A stretch of 64,000 nt of DNA from Candidatus Enterousia sp. (GTDB taxonomy: Bacteria; Pseudomonadota; Alphaproteobacteria; Rs-D84): NCBI GenBank assembly GCA_045546195.1, contig JAZQCH010000008.1, forward strand, positions 7,481 to 71,480, written 5' to 3'. The notes below the pieces were generated by a model that saw only the letters and a program-made list of their open reading frames with translations, searched no databases and was not told the DNA's origin. A program made the translations under genes and the position numbers. Shown piece after piece: positions 63,849 through 64,000 of the stretch (positions within the stretch are counted from its first letter, which is position 1; each line of letters opens with the position of its first letter).

Positions 63849-64000
63849 ATGGCAGAAATTACAGCAAAATTGATTCAGGAACTGCGTGAAAAAACATCCG
63901 CAGGTATGATGGATTGTAAAAAAGCCCTGATTGAAAATGATGGTGATATTCAGGCAGCGGCCGATTGGTTGCGTCAGAAGGGTATCGTGAAAGCAGCATC
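63849..64000 (+). CDS. tsf: Elongation factor Ts, N-terminal part (3' end outside window)
   Basis: [45 protein letters not shown] (UBA-like N-domain). Confidence 0.9.
   Translation, partial: MAEITAKLIQELREKTSAGMMDCKKALIENDGDIQAAADWLRQKGIVKAA

Overview
This 64-kb window looks like part of a Gram-negative, alphaproteobacterium-like chromosome (standard code, SD-led genes, hairpin terminators). All calls come from reading the sequence and ORF track by eye. No searches or folding programs were run. The housekeeping backbone is: mscS-like (partial), tadA, rsmD, rplY, acpS, ctpA, a 1169-aa pyruvate:ferredoxin oxidoreductase, bamE, adk, rpsA, clpP-clpX, tyrS, an EnvC-like gene, rne, an N-domain-less clpB, rpmB, recO, tpiA, grpE, pgk, rnhB, ssb and rpsB-tsf. 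There are five tRNAs (Gln, Pro, Leu, Glu, Thr). An accessory layer is interleaved with the backbone. (1) Six secreted Cys-rich (CxxCP-motif) proteins. (2) A tandemly duplicated module of a small secreted protein plus a PKD/31-aa-repeat protein, with an rsmD-tail scar. (3) A Pmp-repeat autotransporter and an S8 protease autotransporter. (4) A degenerate-Fic plus APH-like kinase pair. (5) An orphan VirB11-like ATPase. (6) A radical-SAM islet between two tRNAs. (7) A lone serine recombinase. The most unusual signals are non-coding. (a) A ~134-bp 5' module is nearly identical upstream of two otherwise unrelated Cys-rich genes 13 kb apart. It carries a compensatory hairpin change and A8 tracts, and a rearranged relative carries a perfect 23-bp inverted repeat. 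(b) Two arrays of ~75-100-bp palindromic units have conserved loop and base boxes and covarying stems. (c) A conserved palindromic core is nested in four terminators. (d) Two leaders upstream of envelope genes share the same hairpin/antiterminator/terminator logic. (e) tRNA 3'-half pseudo-copies are interrupted in the T-loop downstream of tRNA-Pro and tRNA-Glu. (f) A 48-bp inverted repeat pair brackets about 31 kb.
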